From NCBI GenBank assembly GCA_013239625.1, contig MU053933.1:2629026-2693025 (forward strand): a stretch of 64,000 bases of DNA. Direction: 5' to 3'. The position numbers and the translations under genes were made by a program. Below, one piece after another: positions 36,549-49,268 of the stretch. The stretch is from Lama guanicoe (taxonomy: Eukaryota). Each line of letters starts with the position of its first letter. The stretch's first letter is position 1. The notes under the pieces were generated by a model. It made no database searches. It was given only the letters and a program-made list of their open reading frames with translations, and was not told the DNA's origin.

Positions 36549-36727
36549 GCATCAGCAACGCGGAGGCACGGCAGCCCGGGAAGGCACCCAACTTCAGTGT
36601 CAACTGGACTGTGGGCGACGCGGCCATCGAGGTCATCAACGCCACCACGGGGAAGGACGAGCTGGGCCGCGCGTCTCGCCTGTGTAAGCACGCGTTGTAC
36701 TGTCGCTGGATGCGTGTGCACGGCAAG
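36549..36727 (+). CDS. ADARB1: ADARB1 exon 8 (ISNAEARQPGKAPNFSVNW...RWMRVHGK)
   Basis: tgttccag|GC ATC AGC; donor AAG|gtactg; 179 nt. Confidence 0.97.
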
Positions 36728-37583
36728 GTACTGAGCGCCCTCGCGGCCACGCGCCCCGCTCCCCGCCTGCCTGTCTTCACTGCCCCCCCGCCGTCCCCGC
36801 CGCCACCCAGATGGCTGCCCCAAACCCTCGTCCCCGAGGGCTCTGAGCCGAGAGCGTGGCCAGCTCTGCAGATCAGAGCAGGCTCCGTCCTTCCCGCCTG
36901 ACTCTGGGACTCACCCCACCCTGGCTCCTCCTCCCGGGAACGTCGTGTCCCAGATGCCGGCCCGCAGCCCGGGTGCTGCTCGGGGTTCAGTTAAAGCTCC
37001 AGGAAGGTCTTTAAACCCTTCTGTCTTGTTCTGTTTGGAGCAGCAGCCCTTTTCCCCCACGCAAAGCTGTACATGGTGCGTCCGTATGTTACCCATCTCC
37101 GTTGGTTTGTAAGTCAGGTCGGGAGCTTTTAATGTACACAGAGGTCGCAGTGTCCCCGTGGCGGGCGCGTCCCCCGCTGGTGGCTGCCCTGTTTATTCTC
37201 AAGATCTTCCCAGAAACAGTCAGCCAGTGCCGCGGGGGGCCTCGAGTGCTCCCTATGATGAGGGGACCCCACACGAGGCGCTGTCTGTACAGCGCTGAGC
37301 GTGTTGCCCAGAAGAGCAGGCCGGCAGCATGGGGCCCCGGGCCCTCTGCGGCGCGCGGCTCCGCACCTGCCTGTTTAACGTGAAGCTGCCACTCGGGCGG
37401 CGGACACGGACCCTCCGAGGGCGTCCAGCTGGAGCTCTGCCTGCCGCGGCCCCCGGGGGGCGCCATCACTGGGTGCCCCCCCCCCTGAAGCCAGCCGTTT
37501 GAAGCGCCACTTTTTGGACGTCTTGCTGAGCTGTTTTCTGCTGCTGGGCTTCGGCAGCGGCGCTTGTCTGTGTCTTTTCACAG

Positions 37584-37763
37584 GTGCCCCCCAGCCTACT
37601 GCGCGCCAAGGTCACTAAGCCCAGCGTGTACCACGAGTCCAAGCTGGTCGCCGCGGAGTACCAGGCGGCCAAGGCCTGCCTGTTCAGGGCCTTCCTCAAG
37701 GCCGGGCTGGGCGCCTGGGTGGAGAAGCCCACGGAGCAGGACCAGTTCTCACTCACACCCTGA
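37584..37763 (+). CDS. ADARB1: ADARB1 exon 9, C-terminus (VPPSLLRAK...[17 protein letters not shown])
   Basis: ttttcacag|GTG CCC; TGA at 37761-37763; C-terminal 17 residues match human ADAR2. Confidence 0.97.
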   Translation: MPPSLLRAKVTKPSVYHESKLVAAEYQAAKACLFRAFLKAGLGAWVEKPTEQDQFSLTP

Positions 37764-40162
37764 CAGTGCAGCGCGGCCGGACCCTCACCTGGACCGGGGA
37801 GGGTGGGCGTGGGGGGGCTGGCGTCGGGGCCCCGCCGGCTTCTCTCCACGGTGGCATCTCCCCTTCTGATTTCTCCAGTGACTGCTTTCAATCTCAGTTT
37901 ACGTTTAGAAATTGAGTTCTACTGAGTAGGGCTTCCTGAAGTTTAGGAAAATAGAAATTACTTTGTGTGAAATTCTTGAATAATTAACTTATTCAGAACT
38001 AGGACCATGGTTTATAAAACAAGGAGTAATTAGTCAGGTCACTCTTGCACCACATTATTTTCATTGCAAAACAGCATTTCAATGTGGAGGAGGCGAGGAA
38101 GCAGAGAGGGTAGGAACCTAAGGGAACCGTCCCACAGTGGCGCCAGGCCCCGCCCGCCGGCGCTGGCCGCGGCCCGCTCCCTCCCCCACCCCCGAGTCCC
38201 ACAGCGCAGCAGCTCCCGGGGGCCCTGCAGCCTTCAGCCTCCTCTAGAAGCTTCTGTGTCCCTCGTAGGGCCACATCGTGGGCAAAACAGGGCCAGTCGC
38301 CCTGGCCCTTCCTTCGGGCTTTTCAAACAGCGTTTACTTTGCGGGACTAGAAGGGACCCCAGGGCGGCGGCACGGGGAGCAGCCCTCTGCATCTCCCTCT
38401 GAGTCGTGGATGTGACCTTCGCCCCAGGGTCGTCACGAGGGGACGAGTGAAGTGAGTGGTCACGCATTCCTGGAGAAGCCACTGAAGCTGTGTTTCAGAG
38501 TATCCTTTCCAGCTTTGTGGAAGACGCAGGGGGCGTGTCAGACGGACTCAGGCTAGAAGCAGGCCAGGCTGCGCGCTGTGGTGAGGGCCCCACCAGGGCT
38601 GAGGTCCGTGTCACGGCAGGGACGGGTGCTGCTGGTGCCTGGGCACCCAGGGCGCTGCCCAGCACCCCACAGCACCCGGCTGGCCCCAGGGTGGGCGGGG
38701 TCAGAGGTGGGGCGGGGCGGTGCCCCCCCCCCGCCCCGAGCTGGAAGACCCGCGCCCCTGCCTCGCTGCTTCCTCCCAGGACCTGGGCCTGGGCTCCTGC
38801 CCTTTGCCGACTCAGCCCCAGTTCCCGGTTCTGGGGGTGGTGTCGTGGGTGCCGCTGGCAGAGAGAGGCAGATCCCTCCACAGCGAAGTCCAGGCACCAA
38901 GCTGTGTGCCCGGGGGTCCCGCGCCCTCCAAGGGCAGGAGGGAAATGACCGCTGTCGTTGTGCCCAGACCCTGTGCACTCAGAGCGGGGCTGAGCCCAAG
39001 CGCTGTGCCTCTGGTGTCCCCGTGTCCTCCGCAGACTTGAGGTGGTGCACCCGTGGGCGGGAGCAGGGCAGGGTTCCCGCTGCCGGGGCTTCCAGGTCAC
39101 AGGATGAGGGCCGCTCACGCCGCCTGCCCCTCCTGCCCCTCACCCGGCAGGGGCTCGGGCCCTCAGCACCCGGGGGGCCCGGTTTGGTTCCACCATGAAG
39201 GGAAAGGGGTCTGGTGCCCCCCGACTGCCCCGCCCCTGTGGGCTCCCGTGCACTCAGAGAACACCTGTGGCCCCTGCATTTTTACTCTTGTCTCTGTAAA
39301 TGATATTTTTTCTAATGAGGAGAGGGAGATGGACTTACTTTTTAAAAAATAAGGGGATTTTGGTCACAAAGTCCAGTGGAATGATGCTGCACACACGTGT
39401 GAATGTGTGGGGCGCCCGGCTTTTCCCTCTGACCTGAGCACGGTCCCCTCCCCACCCCTGGGGGACGAATGCCTCGCGGTCCTCGCGGTCCCCCGCTGTG
39501 TGCGGCTGCCTTCCCCAGGTCGGACTTGTGCCTTGTCCAGGACAGACTTGGCGAGGGCAGATGCCCCGAGGGCACCAGGCCCGTGAGGATGCTGGGGGCC
39601 GGGCCGCAGGGGTCGGAGCGGGCCCTGGGCTGGGCGGGAGGGAGCAGCGCCTCTGCCCACGAGTCAGGCAGGCAGGGCTGCCCGGCCCCGGCACCTCAGA
39701 CGGGGCAGCTGGAGCAGCTCCCCTGCGGGCGGGGAAGGGAAGGAAATATCACCCCTCCGTGAGGCAAATCAGGGGACCCCGCTTGACCCCACCCCCAGTG
39801 CTCGCTGTGCACCCCGTACAGGACTGCCTGGGTGTGACTTTGTACCCAGGGTCCTTACTCTGGGTTTTAGAGGGAGCTTAGAGAATCTGGCACAACCAAG
39901 AACTTGGTCTCTTGAGAACAGTCGAGTTTTGAGAACATTTTGACCAGCAGGGGTTGGGAGGGCTTCCGCCCTGCCTTGTTGGCTAAACCTGGGGTGTGAA
40001 TCCTGCGCAGACACTGGCCGTCCTGCAGTGCCCGGGCGCCCTGGGCAGCCGACTGTGGGCAGGACGGCCCACGTTGAAGAGAAGTCCCGTTTTGTGACCC
40101 AGGCCAGGGCCCACGTGGGGACCCAGTGGGGGCAGCCATGCCCGCTTTCCTCAGCCTGCCCC

Positions 40163-40208
40163 NNNNNNNNNNNNNNNNNNNNNNNNNNNNNNNNNNNNNN
40201 NNNNNNNN
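40163..40208. other. Assembly gap (46 N) within the 3'UTR
   Basis: Run of N. Confidence 1.
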
Positions 40209-41200
40209 CAGGGACACCGGAGCCCAGGCCCTCGACTCAGTCCTCGCTGGACCTTTCACCTTTGCCTGTCTCGGAGGCTTTTGTTACATCAGAAGCAATT
40301 ATGTCTTAAAGAGTACACGCCAGCTTCCCGCAAGGCATTAATTTCTGTGGAATTTATTTTATTTAAATAACCTTGTTGCTCTCCAGACGCTACAATCCTG
40401 GCCTTCCTGGTGGTCTGACGCGGGCCTGGCCCGTCCCCTCAGGGCAGGCAGAGCGGGAGGAGCCAGGCAGCGCTGGGAGGGGGGCTGCCCGCCTGCCCTT
40501 TTCCTCCAAAAACAAACAAAGACAAAAAGAAGCATCTGGGTTTTTTCATTTCTAAAATAGTTTACACCAAAATACAAGGTCTCCCCCAACCACAAGCTTG
40601 ATTGAGCGCGAGGAGTAAAGTTAGCTCTAAACTCTGAAATTGGTGAATCTCTCAGAGGCTTTCTTTTTATCAAAAGGGTACAGGCGGGAAGGGCAGAGTG
40701 CTGCGATCACGTGTGTCCCTGCCCCCGGCGTGTCCCGTGGCGGCCCCCGGGCTCTGCGCCCCCGCGGCCTTGGGGGGGGGTCTGACTCGGTCCTGACTGA
40801 GCTGTTCCCGGCCACGTCTGCACCGCCCGGTCCGCTGTTTGCAGGAACGAGCCCTCAGCCCCAGGGGTTCTCTCAGGGTGGGCTGGTGACTTGTCAGGGA
40901 CCAGAGCCATCCTTCCGGACACAGCCACCAACCGCCAGAGGCGGCCTGTGTGGGGGCTATCCGTGGAGTCGGCCCCGAAAGCTGTTTGCTTCTCCAGACT
41001 TTGAGTCACGTGCTTTTAATTTTGTTTCTGAATCCGGACACTGTATGAATGTAATTCAGCCAAGAGCCCTGTCCCCGAGGCGCCTCCCCATGTCCTCTGT
41101 GTGCGTGCTGATGTGACCACCTGCATGAGCGTCCTCCGCGCCGCGAGCGGCCAGAGCGAGCATGAGACGCTGTCACGGAGACAGGACCGGAGATGTTCTC

Positions 41201-41206
41201 AATAAA
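41201..41206 (+). terminator. Candidate proximal polyadenylation signal AATAAA
   Basis: Canonical hexamer about 3.4 kb after the stop codon. Confidence 0.5.
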
Positions 41207-41778
41207 ACCATGTCTCACTGCTGCAGCCTGCCAACGTTCTCTCTCCTCCCTGCTCCTCCCAGCCTTGGTGCCTGTCATCGGTGTGTGGCTCCGAGCACCT
41301 CCCTTGGGGACGGGCCCCCTACACCCCCCGCCACTCCCACGTGAGAGGTGGGGGCCGCCCCTGCTCCTGTCCTGTCTGCACGGAGGGGTGCTGGCAGCAG
41401 CCCCCAGGGCCAGAGGGGCAAGAAACCGGGCAGCAGAGCTGGAACCAGACGGTCTGGGTGCCGGGTGGGCGGGGAGGCAGCCCAGCCGCCGGGTTACGAG
41501 GGAGAGCAGTTTGTTTGGGACCAGCACTGGAGGAGGATGTCCTCGGTGAAGCTGGCTGCAAGCATGTCCAGGTCCATGGTAGTGAAGACACGCAGGCGCT
41601 CCGGTCAGCAGGTGCACGAGCACGCGGAGCAGTCTGGACGGGACCCCTCTGGTCGCCATGGGTGAAGGATGGGATTTCGGGTCATTTTATTTCCCCTTTT
41701 AAAAATAATGTCTTTCCCAAATATTTCTATAATTAAATGAAAATAGGAAAATCTTTTGAAAAGTCAAAAGCTCACGCA

Positions 41779-41784
41779 AATAAA
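41779..41784 (+). terminator. Candidate distal polyadenylation signal AATAAA
   Basis: Hexamer in an AT-rich island (41680-41890), with a U/GU-rich tract downstream (gtcagtttttgattccgttttcatttctttt). Confidence 0.6.
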
Positions 41785-42949
41785 AAGCAGCAGTGCTACA
41801 GACAACGCACGTGCTCTCTGCGTCAGTTTTGATTCCGTTTTCATTTCTTTTCCCACAAAAAAAAGCGAGATTTAAGTGACAATATGTTGCATCACAAGAC
41901 GGATTCGGCTGCAGAGCAGGACTGGGAGCGGCGCCTCCCTCGCAGCTTCGTCCTCGGTGCCTCCCGCGCGCGCGCTCCCCCGGGGAAAAGTGGGAGGGCT
42001 CTCGAGGCACGGTCCGGAGGGGAGGACAGGGCCGGACGGGGCAGCTGCCTGAGAAACCGTTATATCAACAAGCGTTAGCACCAGTTCCGATGAGCTGATC
42101 AGCGTCGTGATTAGCGATGTCTTTACGAAGGCGGCACGAGCAGCCTGAGTGAGCCCGGCGCGTGGGGCGCGGCCGGCGCCGGGGCCCCGGGTTCCAGGAC
42201 TGAGGAGCCAGCAGGTGGGCCCGGCCGTCCTGCAGAGTCGCCTCTTGTAAGCCCACAATTATGCCGAAAACAAGATCCTGACTCCTGGGGTCCGTCATTG
42301 GCCGCGTCCTCCCGGTGCCTGGAAAGCGGCGCGGGACGTGCCGATCACACTGGAGACGCACCTGTTCCCTTGTGAGTGGCACAAAGTCGGGGACGTGTTC
42401 CTGTGGTTTCTGAAGACTGTCACCCATGTGACAGGAGCCCGAGCCCGAGCCAGACTGTGACAGGAGACCCATTGCTTCCCCGGTTCTGGTCAGACCCTCA
42501 GGCCCGACGCAGTGCTGGCTCCGGAGGCGGCGGCGGGCAGGAGCCCCCGGAAGAACCCCTGGGCCTGCAAGACTGACGCGCGTTGTAGCACGTCGGTGAA
42601 GCGGGTGCCACAGCCCTCGGACCCATCACACTGACCATAAACACGTGCACGCGTGTGCGCGGGGCAGGGCACGCGGTTGAACACTCACTTGGCACCAAGT
42701 CCTCCGGAGCAGACCAGGGCCGTGCAAAGGCCCTGTGCCGTGAGCACCCCTTCCCCACCGTAGGCACAGGGGCGACCAAGGACTCGGGTGACAGACCTGC
42801 TCCCCCACCCCCAGCTCGTCCGCCTGCCTCGCCATCCACACCAGCCACCTGGACCTCATAAGGAGAAGATGACCTTGTGAGGAGAAAGGACATGTGAGGC
42901 GTGCAGCTGTTCGAAAATCAGAACAGTAGTGCGGATGAGAGACTCCATC

Positions 42950-43290
42950 GGAGCGCATGCTAACATTTAAGAACAGACAGTCCACGAGTTTAAAAATGAA
43001 CTTAGTAAACATCCTGAAAGAGGTGAGACAGGAGAACCAAGCAGAATTTGAAGGCGTGAACACCACAGACGAGCTAAGCAATAGAATGAATGAGCAGTTG
43101 GAGGACCAGCGGGCGGAGGCGGGGCAGTGGACAAAGGGAAAGAAAATGAAAGAAAGGCTGAAACACTCGGGAGCTGACATCTGGCTAATGGGGTGTCCAT
43201 GTAGCCTGTCCCCCACCCAGGGCACTTCAGACGTGCGCGCCAGAGCCACTGCAGATGGCGCTGTAAGTCTGGGACCTCCTTAAGAAACAA
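42950..43290 (+). mobile_element. L1/HAL1 ORF1-like relic
   Basis: ORF 42957-43283 has coiled-coil character and ends KKMKERLKHSGADIWLMGCP, similar to ORF1p R..NI.IIGVP. Confidence 0.45.
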
Positions 43291-45814
43291 AAAACGAAGC
43301 TCCGTAAATGGAGGAACGGCCTGGACGAAACAGCAGTGGCCAAAGGTGGCACATCGCTGGAACTGGTACAGAGGGATTTATCGTACTGCCCTCTCTACAA
43401 TGACCTGTTCAAACTTCTTCATAAGGAATTTTCAGTGCTTAAGCATAGACTTAAAAATACCATGCACGGTGCTCTTAGTGATCGTGGGTTTTTTTTTTTT
43501 TTACACAAAACAGGTAATGCACACACTAAAAAAGTTTAATGACGTGAATTTTCCAAGTTTAAAAAAATAAGAGAAATAGAAAGTTTTGAAGTCGCAATCA
43601 TTGACTTCGAGTCGTTTTACACGCATTTTCATGGAAATGAGAACTTGGTGCATCAGCTGCATTCTCTGGCACCACTGCCCCTGCTTGGTGTTCGTCCCCG
43701 ACACTCAGCACTCTGACGTGACTGGTGTTCACCTGTCCTCCCACGGAACGTAAACGTCGTAGGTCAGAGACACCCGCTTCTCACGGCTTTTCCCCACCCC
43801 GGGCGCAGCCCTGCCACGCTGCAGGCAGCGAACGAGTACGCGCCGATTTAGTAAGAACAAGTTACTATTCAAAACGGGCACATGGTGCCTCAAAGAGACC
43901 TACTGTGGAAGGAGTTTTGATGAGATGCTTTTCAAGAACCCTCGCAAGAGGTTTGTGACGTAAAAGTTACCAGTACGTCAGCAAGTCTGTGGAAGTTTTA
44001 AAGAGCTGAACAAAAGGGGAAAGAACGCACAGCGCTGATAATCCGGAGCTTCAGGCCTGGGTGATGTCCACGTGGCAGAGGCTGGAGTGAAGAGAAGGCT
44101 ACAGGATGCGAGAATATGTTCAGGTCTTTGTCCTACTGGGGTGGAAATAGAAGCAGACATTATTTTTATGATGAACAGGTGTCAAAGATTCTACTTAACC
44201 CTAGTTAATGAGGGAACCAGTAAGATGCTAAACTGATCCATGAGAATTTGACTTCTTCTACCAGGTCAAATGCATTTGGCCTTTTCTCTGCTTGTCTCGG
44301 ACAGAACACAGCAGAGCCAAAGTGGAACTCAGCAGCGGGTGGTGGTGTCTGACCCCGTGCGTGTGAGCATCTCGGGGACGTTGAGCACCCCCGCTACGCC
44401 CTCCGCCGGCATTTGACGAGGTTACACAGTTTCACGAGTCTCCTTGCTTCTCTATTCATTTCTGATTTTACATCGGTGCATGTTGTTAATGCTGCAGACA
44501 CACGTTGCAAAGTGCCAGCCATCAGAATGGTTAGTTTTCGGCAATACAGAGCTTTCTTTTTCACTGAACACACCGGAAGCTGTGATTATGAGGCTTACCC
44601 GATCTAATGAGGAAGGGCTTTTTAAATTTTCTTTAAAATTCTCATTTACTCTTTAGCTTCTGGGAATAAAGTCCAGTACACACATATACACAAATCTTTT
44701 TTATCATTCTCCTCACTCAGTATATAACCTGCGCATTTACCTACATATTTCATTAAATTGTTGCAAATTAAGTTAGAAAAGCAGCATGTAGACTCATTTT
44801 CTTGTAATGGGATATTATAAAGTGTGTCAATTAATTATGTTAAGTGTATATGTTTTAAATCATGACTTCATTGCCTTCAATCATTTATAAGTTGTATCCT
44901 ATAATTTTATTTCTCAGAATTTTCTTTTTTAAAATCCCTGGGAAAAACATGTTAACACTTTTATTTCAATTGGAAAAAGTGAGTCAGACCTTGTCTGACA
45001 GAAAACAAATCTAATTTGGTTCACTGGTTTGACAAGGAGGGTTAGGTTACATGGAGGACGCTGACCATCAATAGAGCAAAATAAATCTGCAGCTCCGAGG
45101 TTTGATGAAAATAGATTTAAAATAATGGTACGATAAAAGTGTTTTATTGAAAAATGTCAAATGGGTGAAAAAAATCAATGAAATGAACATTTCAATGTTC
45201 CCAACCCTCTCAGAATTTATCAGGCCAAACAAGTTACTGCCAGATGAGGGAGAATCATGGATACATGACAGTCCCTTGATAAGCTGAGATGAGGCCTCTC
45301 CAGTAAATGTCCCAGAAATTGAGAGTGAGAGGATGACAAGTCCTTTTACAGGTAAGTCGTTTCTAGTTCTTTGCTTTCAAAACATTTAAATGAAGCATAA
45401 CTGAGCTGATAGTTGATGAGGCACTTCAGAAGGGTTTGCAGTCTTTATCACAGATCACCTTGCAGTGCAGAGGCTGCTGCACAGGGACTCCATGAGCCGC
45501 TGAGGGCCCTGCTGAAACGCGCCGCCTCGTCTGTGCTGCAAAGTGTCCTGGACTTGTGTCTCGAAAGAAAAGACTAGAAATACAGCCAAGACGGAAGCAG
45601 GCTGCTCCCCATCCTTGCACGTGGGAACCACCTAGTCAGAAGAACAGCTCTCCTCATCTCGCTGAGAGATGCATTTTCACTAAAATTTTGCTTTTGTGTG
45701 CAATAGATGCATATTTATGTTGTTTGAATAATTGTGAACTGAGTACTTGAAAAAAATAACTTAATCCAGGAAATATTATTAACAATTAAAGCCTGTTGGC
45801 CACAAGAGGAATGA

Positions 45815-47606
45815 AAAGGAAGGATGGGTGAAGGAGAATAAAAGATGCTGGAAGGCAGGAAGTAGAATGTGGGGGGTGGGTGGTGGAAGGTTGGCAGTGG
45901 ATTGTGGAGAGTTGGTGAAGGACGGTTGAAGTGAGTGGTGGACGATGGATGGTAGAAAGTGAAAGGAAATGGTAGAAGGTGGGAAGTGGATAATGGATGA
46001 TGATGGCCACTGGTAAATGGTTAAGAATGGTGGAAGGTAGGTGGTGGATGGAATGTAACAGGTACATGGTGGATGGTGTGTGGTGGAAAGTGAATGGAAG
46101 ATGGTTGATGGGGGATGGTGTAAGATAAATGGTGTTTGATGGATGGTGGATGGTGGATATTTGATGAAGAATGGTGGCAGGTGGATTCTGATGGTTGAAG
46201 GTGGAAAGTGCTAGATGGTGGAAGCTATGTGATGGATGGTGAAATGTGGGTTTTGGAAGGTGGAATGTGAACAATGCAAGGTTGAAAGTTGCAGGTGAGA
46301 TGTGGAGGGCGGAGGGTTGAAAGTGGATGCTCAAGGTGAATGCTAGCAGGTGGACAGGAGATAATGGGTGGCATATAGGGAACGTTGAATGGTGAGTGGT
46401 GTATAGTGGGTAATGGTTGGTAAAACGTGAGTGGTGGAAGGCGGATGGTGGGTGGTGGATGGAAGGTGAAGAATAAATGATGGAGGGAGGAAGGTGAATG
46501 GTGGATGGTAGGCAATAGAAGGTGGGTGGTGGCAAGTGGAAGGTTGAAGGTGGATGGGGGATTGTGGATGATGGACAGAGAAAGATGGTAGGTGGGTAGT
46601 AAAAATGGATGGGCTTAGTGATGGTGTAATAAGGGTGATATGGATGGTGGAGTGTAGGTGGTGGAAAATGAAAAATGGGGAATGGAATGAAAAAGGTGGG
46701 TGTTAAATGGTGGAAGGTGGACAATAAAAGTGGAAAGAGGATGGTGGAAGGTGAAAAATAATAGGTAGTGATGGAAGGTTAAATGATAAATCATAGCTGG
46801 TAGACGCTGAGTTGTGGATGGTGGAATGTGTGTGGTGGATGTTGGTCAGTGGAAAGTTGAAGGAAAAAGTTAGATGGATTGTGACTGTAGATGGTGGAAG
46901 GTGGATGGTGGATGAAGAATGGTGGAAGAAGGATGGTGGATAGGAGAATGTAAATGTTGGAAAATGGTACATAGCACTGAAGTCTGGATAGTGAATGGTA
47001 GATGTTGGATGGTTGAAGAAAGATGGTGGAAGTTGGATGGTAAAAGGAGAATGCAGTTGGTGAATGGTGTAAGGTGGATGATATGGTGGAAGGTAGATAA
47101 TGGATGGTAGATGGTAGAAAGTTGGATGGTGGATGGTGGAGGATGGAAGGTGGATGGTGGATGTGGGTATGTTGAGGGTAGAAAGCGAAAAGCGGGTGGA
47201 GGAATGTGGATGGTAGATGGTAGATTGTGGAAGGTGGAATCAGATGGTGGATGATGGATATTGGATGGTGAATGATGATTGATGGTTGATAAACAATGGT
47301 GAAAAGTAAATGTGGATGGTGGTTGCTGGAGTGTGGAGAGTGGATGGTAGATAGTGGAAATTAGGTGGATGGTCAAATGTAGGTGTTGGAAGATGGATGG
47401 TGGATGTGAATGGTGAAATGTGGAAACAGTATGGTAGAAGGTGAAAACTTGAGGGTAGATGGTGGTTCATGGATTGTGCATGGTGGAATGTGAGTGGTGG
47501 AAGATGAAATGCAGGTGGTAAAAGATGGAAGGTGGGAAGTGGAGGTTGAAGTTAGAAGGTGTACGTTAGATGGTGGGTCATGAAAGGCAGAAGGTAAAAG
47601 TAGAAG
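45815..47606. repeat. About 1.8-kb degenerate (TGGA/TGG/TGGAAGG)n low-complexity tract, very C-poor on the + strand
   Basis: Recurrent atggtggaaggtggatggtgg words throughout. Confidence 0.92.
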
Positions 47607-49247
47607 GCGTGGCTGCCTCTCTCGCTCCCTCATCTTCAGAGATGGTCCACACTCTGTCTATGGAATGTGTATCTACTTTTAATTTAACCTAAGCACTCAA
47701 ACCACACACCTCATGGGGACAAGTCGAACATATGGGGTCAAGGACAGGGACAGGTCAGGAGGGGACCTCCGGGGCTGGGCTGAGCGAGTGGACCTAGGCC
47801 ACCTGCTGACAACAGGATTCAGACGCAGGTGGGGCGTCTGAGGACAATCACCGGTCCCGGGTCCATGCTGCTCCTCAGAAACTGGTCATGTACTCAGAGC
47901 AAGATTATCCCTTGCAGAGGGAGCTTCTGGGAAGAGACCTGGCGCAGCTGGCCTCACAAGTCCCCCATTGGCTCCACCAGGCCCTTGACGCCTCCAGGCT
48001 GTGCCCGGGCTGGACCCCGGACAGACATGTCCCTGCCCCTTTGACCTCCCCCACTCCCACCCTGGGATCATCTGAGGATCCTTGTAATTCCACCTGTTCC
48101 CAGCTTGGGCATCACCACCGGGACCAGTGAGGGTCAGACCAGCCGAGAACCTGGGAGTCAGGATCTGCTTTGTAGCAAGTTCTCCAGGGAACTCCTATGC
48201 CCCTTAGTGGATAAAGAGCACTGGTGGTCACTCCTACCCCTCCCTCAGTGCTCGGCTCAGGGCCACCTCCTCCAGGGAGCCCTCCCTGACATTCCCGCCC
48301 ACCCTGGTCTGCTGCAGGGACAGATGGAGAGCCGGGCAGGGCCCAGCAAGGAGTGTCCAGGCCACGCTCGTGGGCACCTCCGACCCCGAGTCAGTCCCTT
48401 CCACGATGTGCACTTACTGGAGGAAACTGAGTTCATCTTGTGTCCCCACAGGGAGCCTCCCAGCAGCTTTGCTCAAGGGGCAAGTGCGTCACACTCGGGA
48501 ATCCTCACCCTGCACCCCAGCCCCACCCCCTGCCCAGGGAGTCCCTGCTGGGGAGCAGCTGGGAGGTGAGACCGCAAGATCCAGGTCGGGCAACCACGCG
48601 GAGTCCGGATAGACACGTCCGACTCCACACTCGGCCCCTCAGAGAAGCTGCTTTCCCGGGGGTCACCCTCCTGCTCCCGGAGACTCCCCAGGGCTCTCCT
48701 GCGGAGATGTCACCGCGTTAACTCAGTGCCCAAGGGCAGCAGGGTCACTAGAAGGTTCTGAGTCTCCTCAGTCCGCTTCCCGATCCCGCAGCCGCCCAAC
48801 ACAGCCCGCCGTCCCCCTCCTCCATCTCTGTGATGACCCCCTGTGCCAGCACCCAGGGCTCCACGCAGACCCCTGAGCGGCTCCCCCTCCCCGGCTCAGA
48901 GGACCCCCGTCCCCTCCTCCCGCCAGGCTCTGGGTGGGGGCGGGGACAGCGTGCCTGTTGCAGACCCTGGAGCCCCAGCCTCGGTCCCCCACCTCCTGCC
49001 CCCGCCCGGGACACAGCCCTCACCCCACGTTCTCCATCTGCACCCCTGCAGGAGGCTGTCTAGGTGGCATCTGGGCTGAGCCTCAGGGACCTCTCCCTTT
49101 CTGAATGTCGGATTGTATCTTTATGAAATTATATGCCCACAATTGTTTCTCTTTGATCACCTTTGTTTTATAACATTTTTAGGAATTTGCAACTCTTACA
49201 TTTCTGAGGTCTATGAAACAACTCACATTGTCTAGTATCTGCCTTAT

Positions 49248-49268
49248 TGTGTGTGTGTGTGTGTGTGT
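49248..49268. repeat. (TG)n microsatellite
   Basis: About 10 TG units. Confidence 0.9.

Larger units (their letters stand above)
1745..41784 (+). other. ADARB1: ADARB1 (ADAR2) gene body from the start-codon exon to the distal candidate poly(A) signal; promoter and upstream non-coding exons lie outside the window
   Basis: Nine exons with matching phases (28+941+115+169+149+169+182+179+180 = 2112 nt) give a 703-aa protein colinear with human ADAR2a (701 aa). Confidence 0.98.

Noticed and set aside
37889..40643. Possible long-range 3'UTR pairing (caatctcag...gtttaga with tctaaac.ctgaaattg)
   Set aside because: Only about 15 bp in two short helices; compatible with chance without covariation data.
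45786..47633. His/Pro/Ser/Thr-rich minus-strand ORFs up to 312 aa
   Set aside because: Translation of the (TCCA/CCA)n low-complexity tract.
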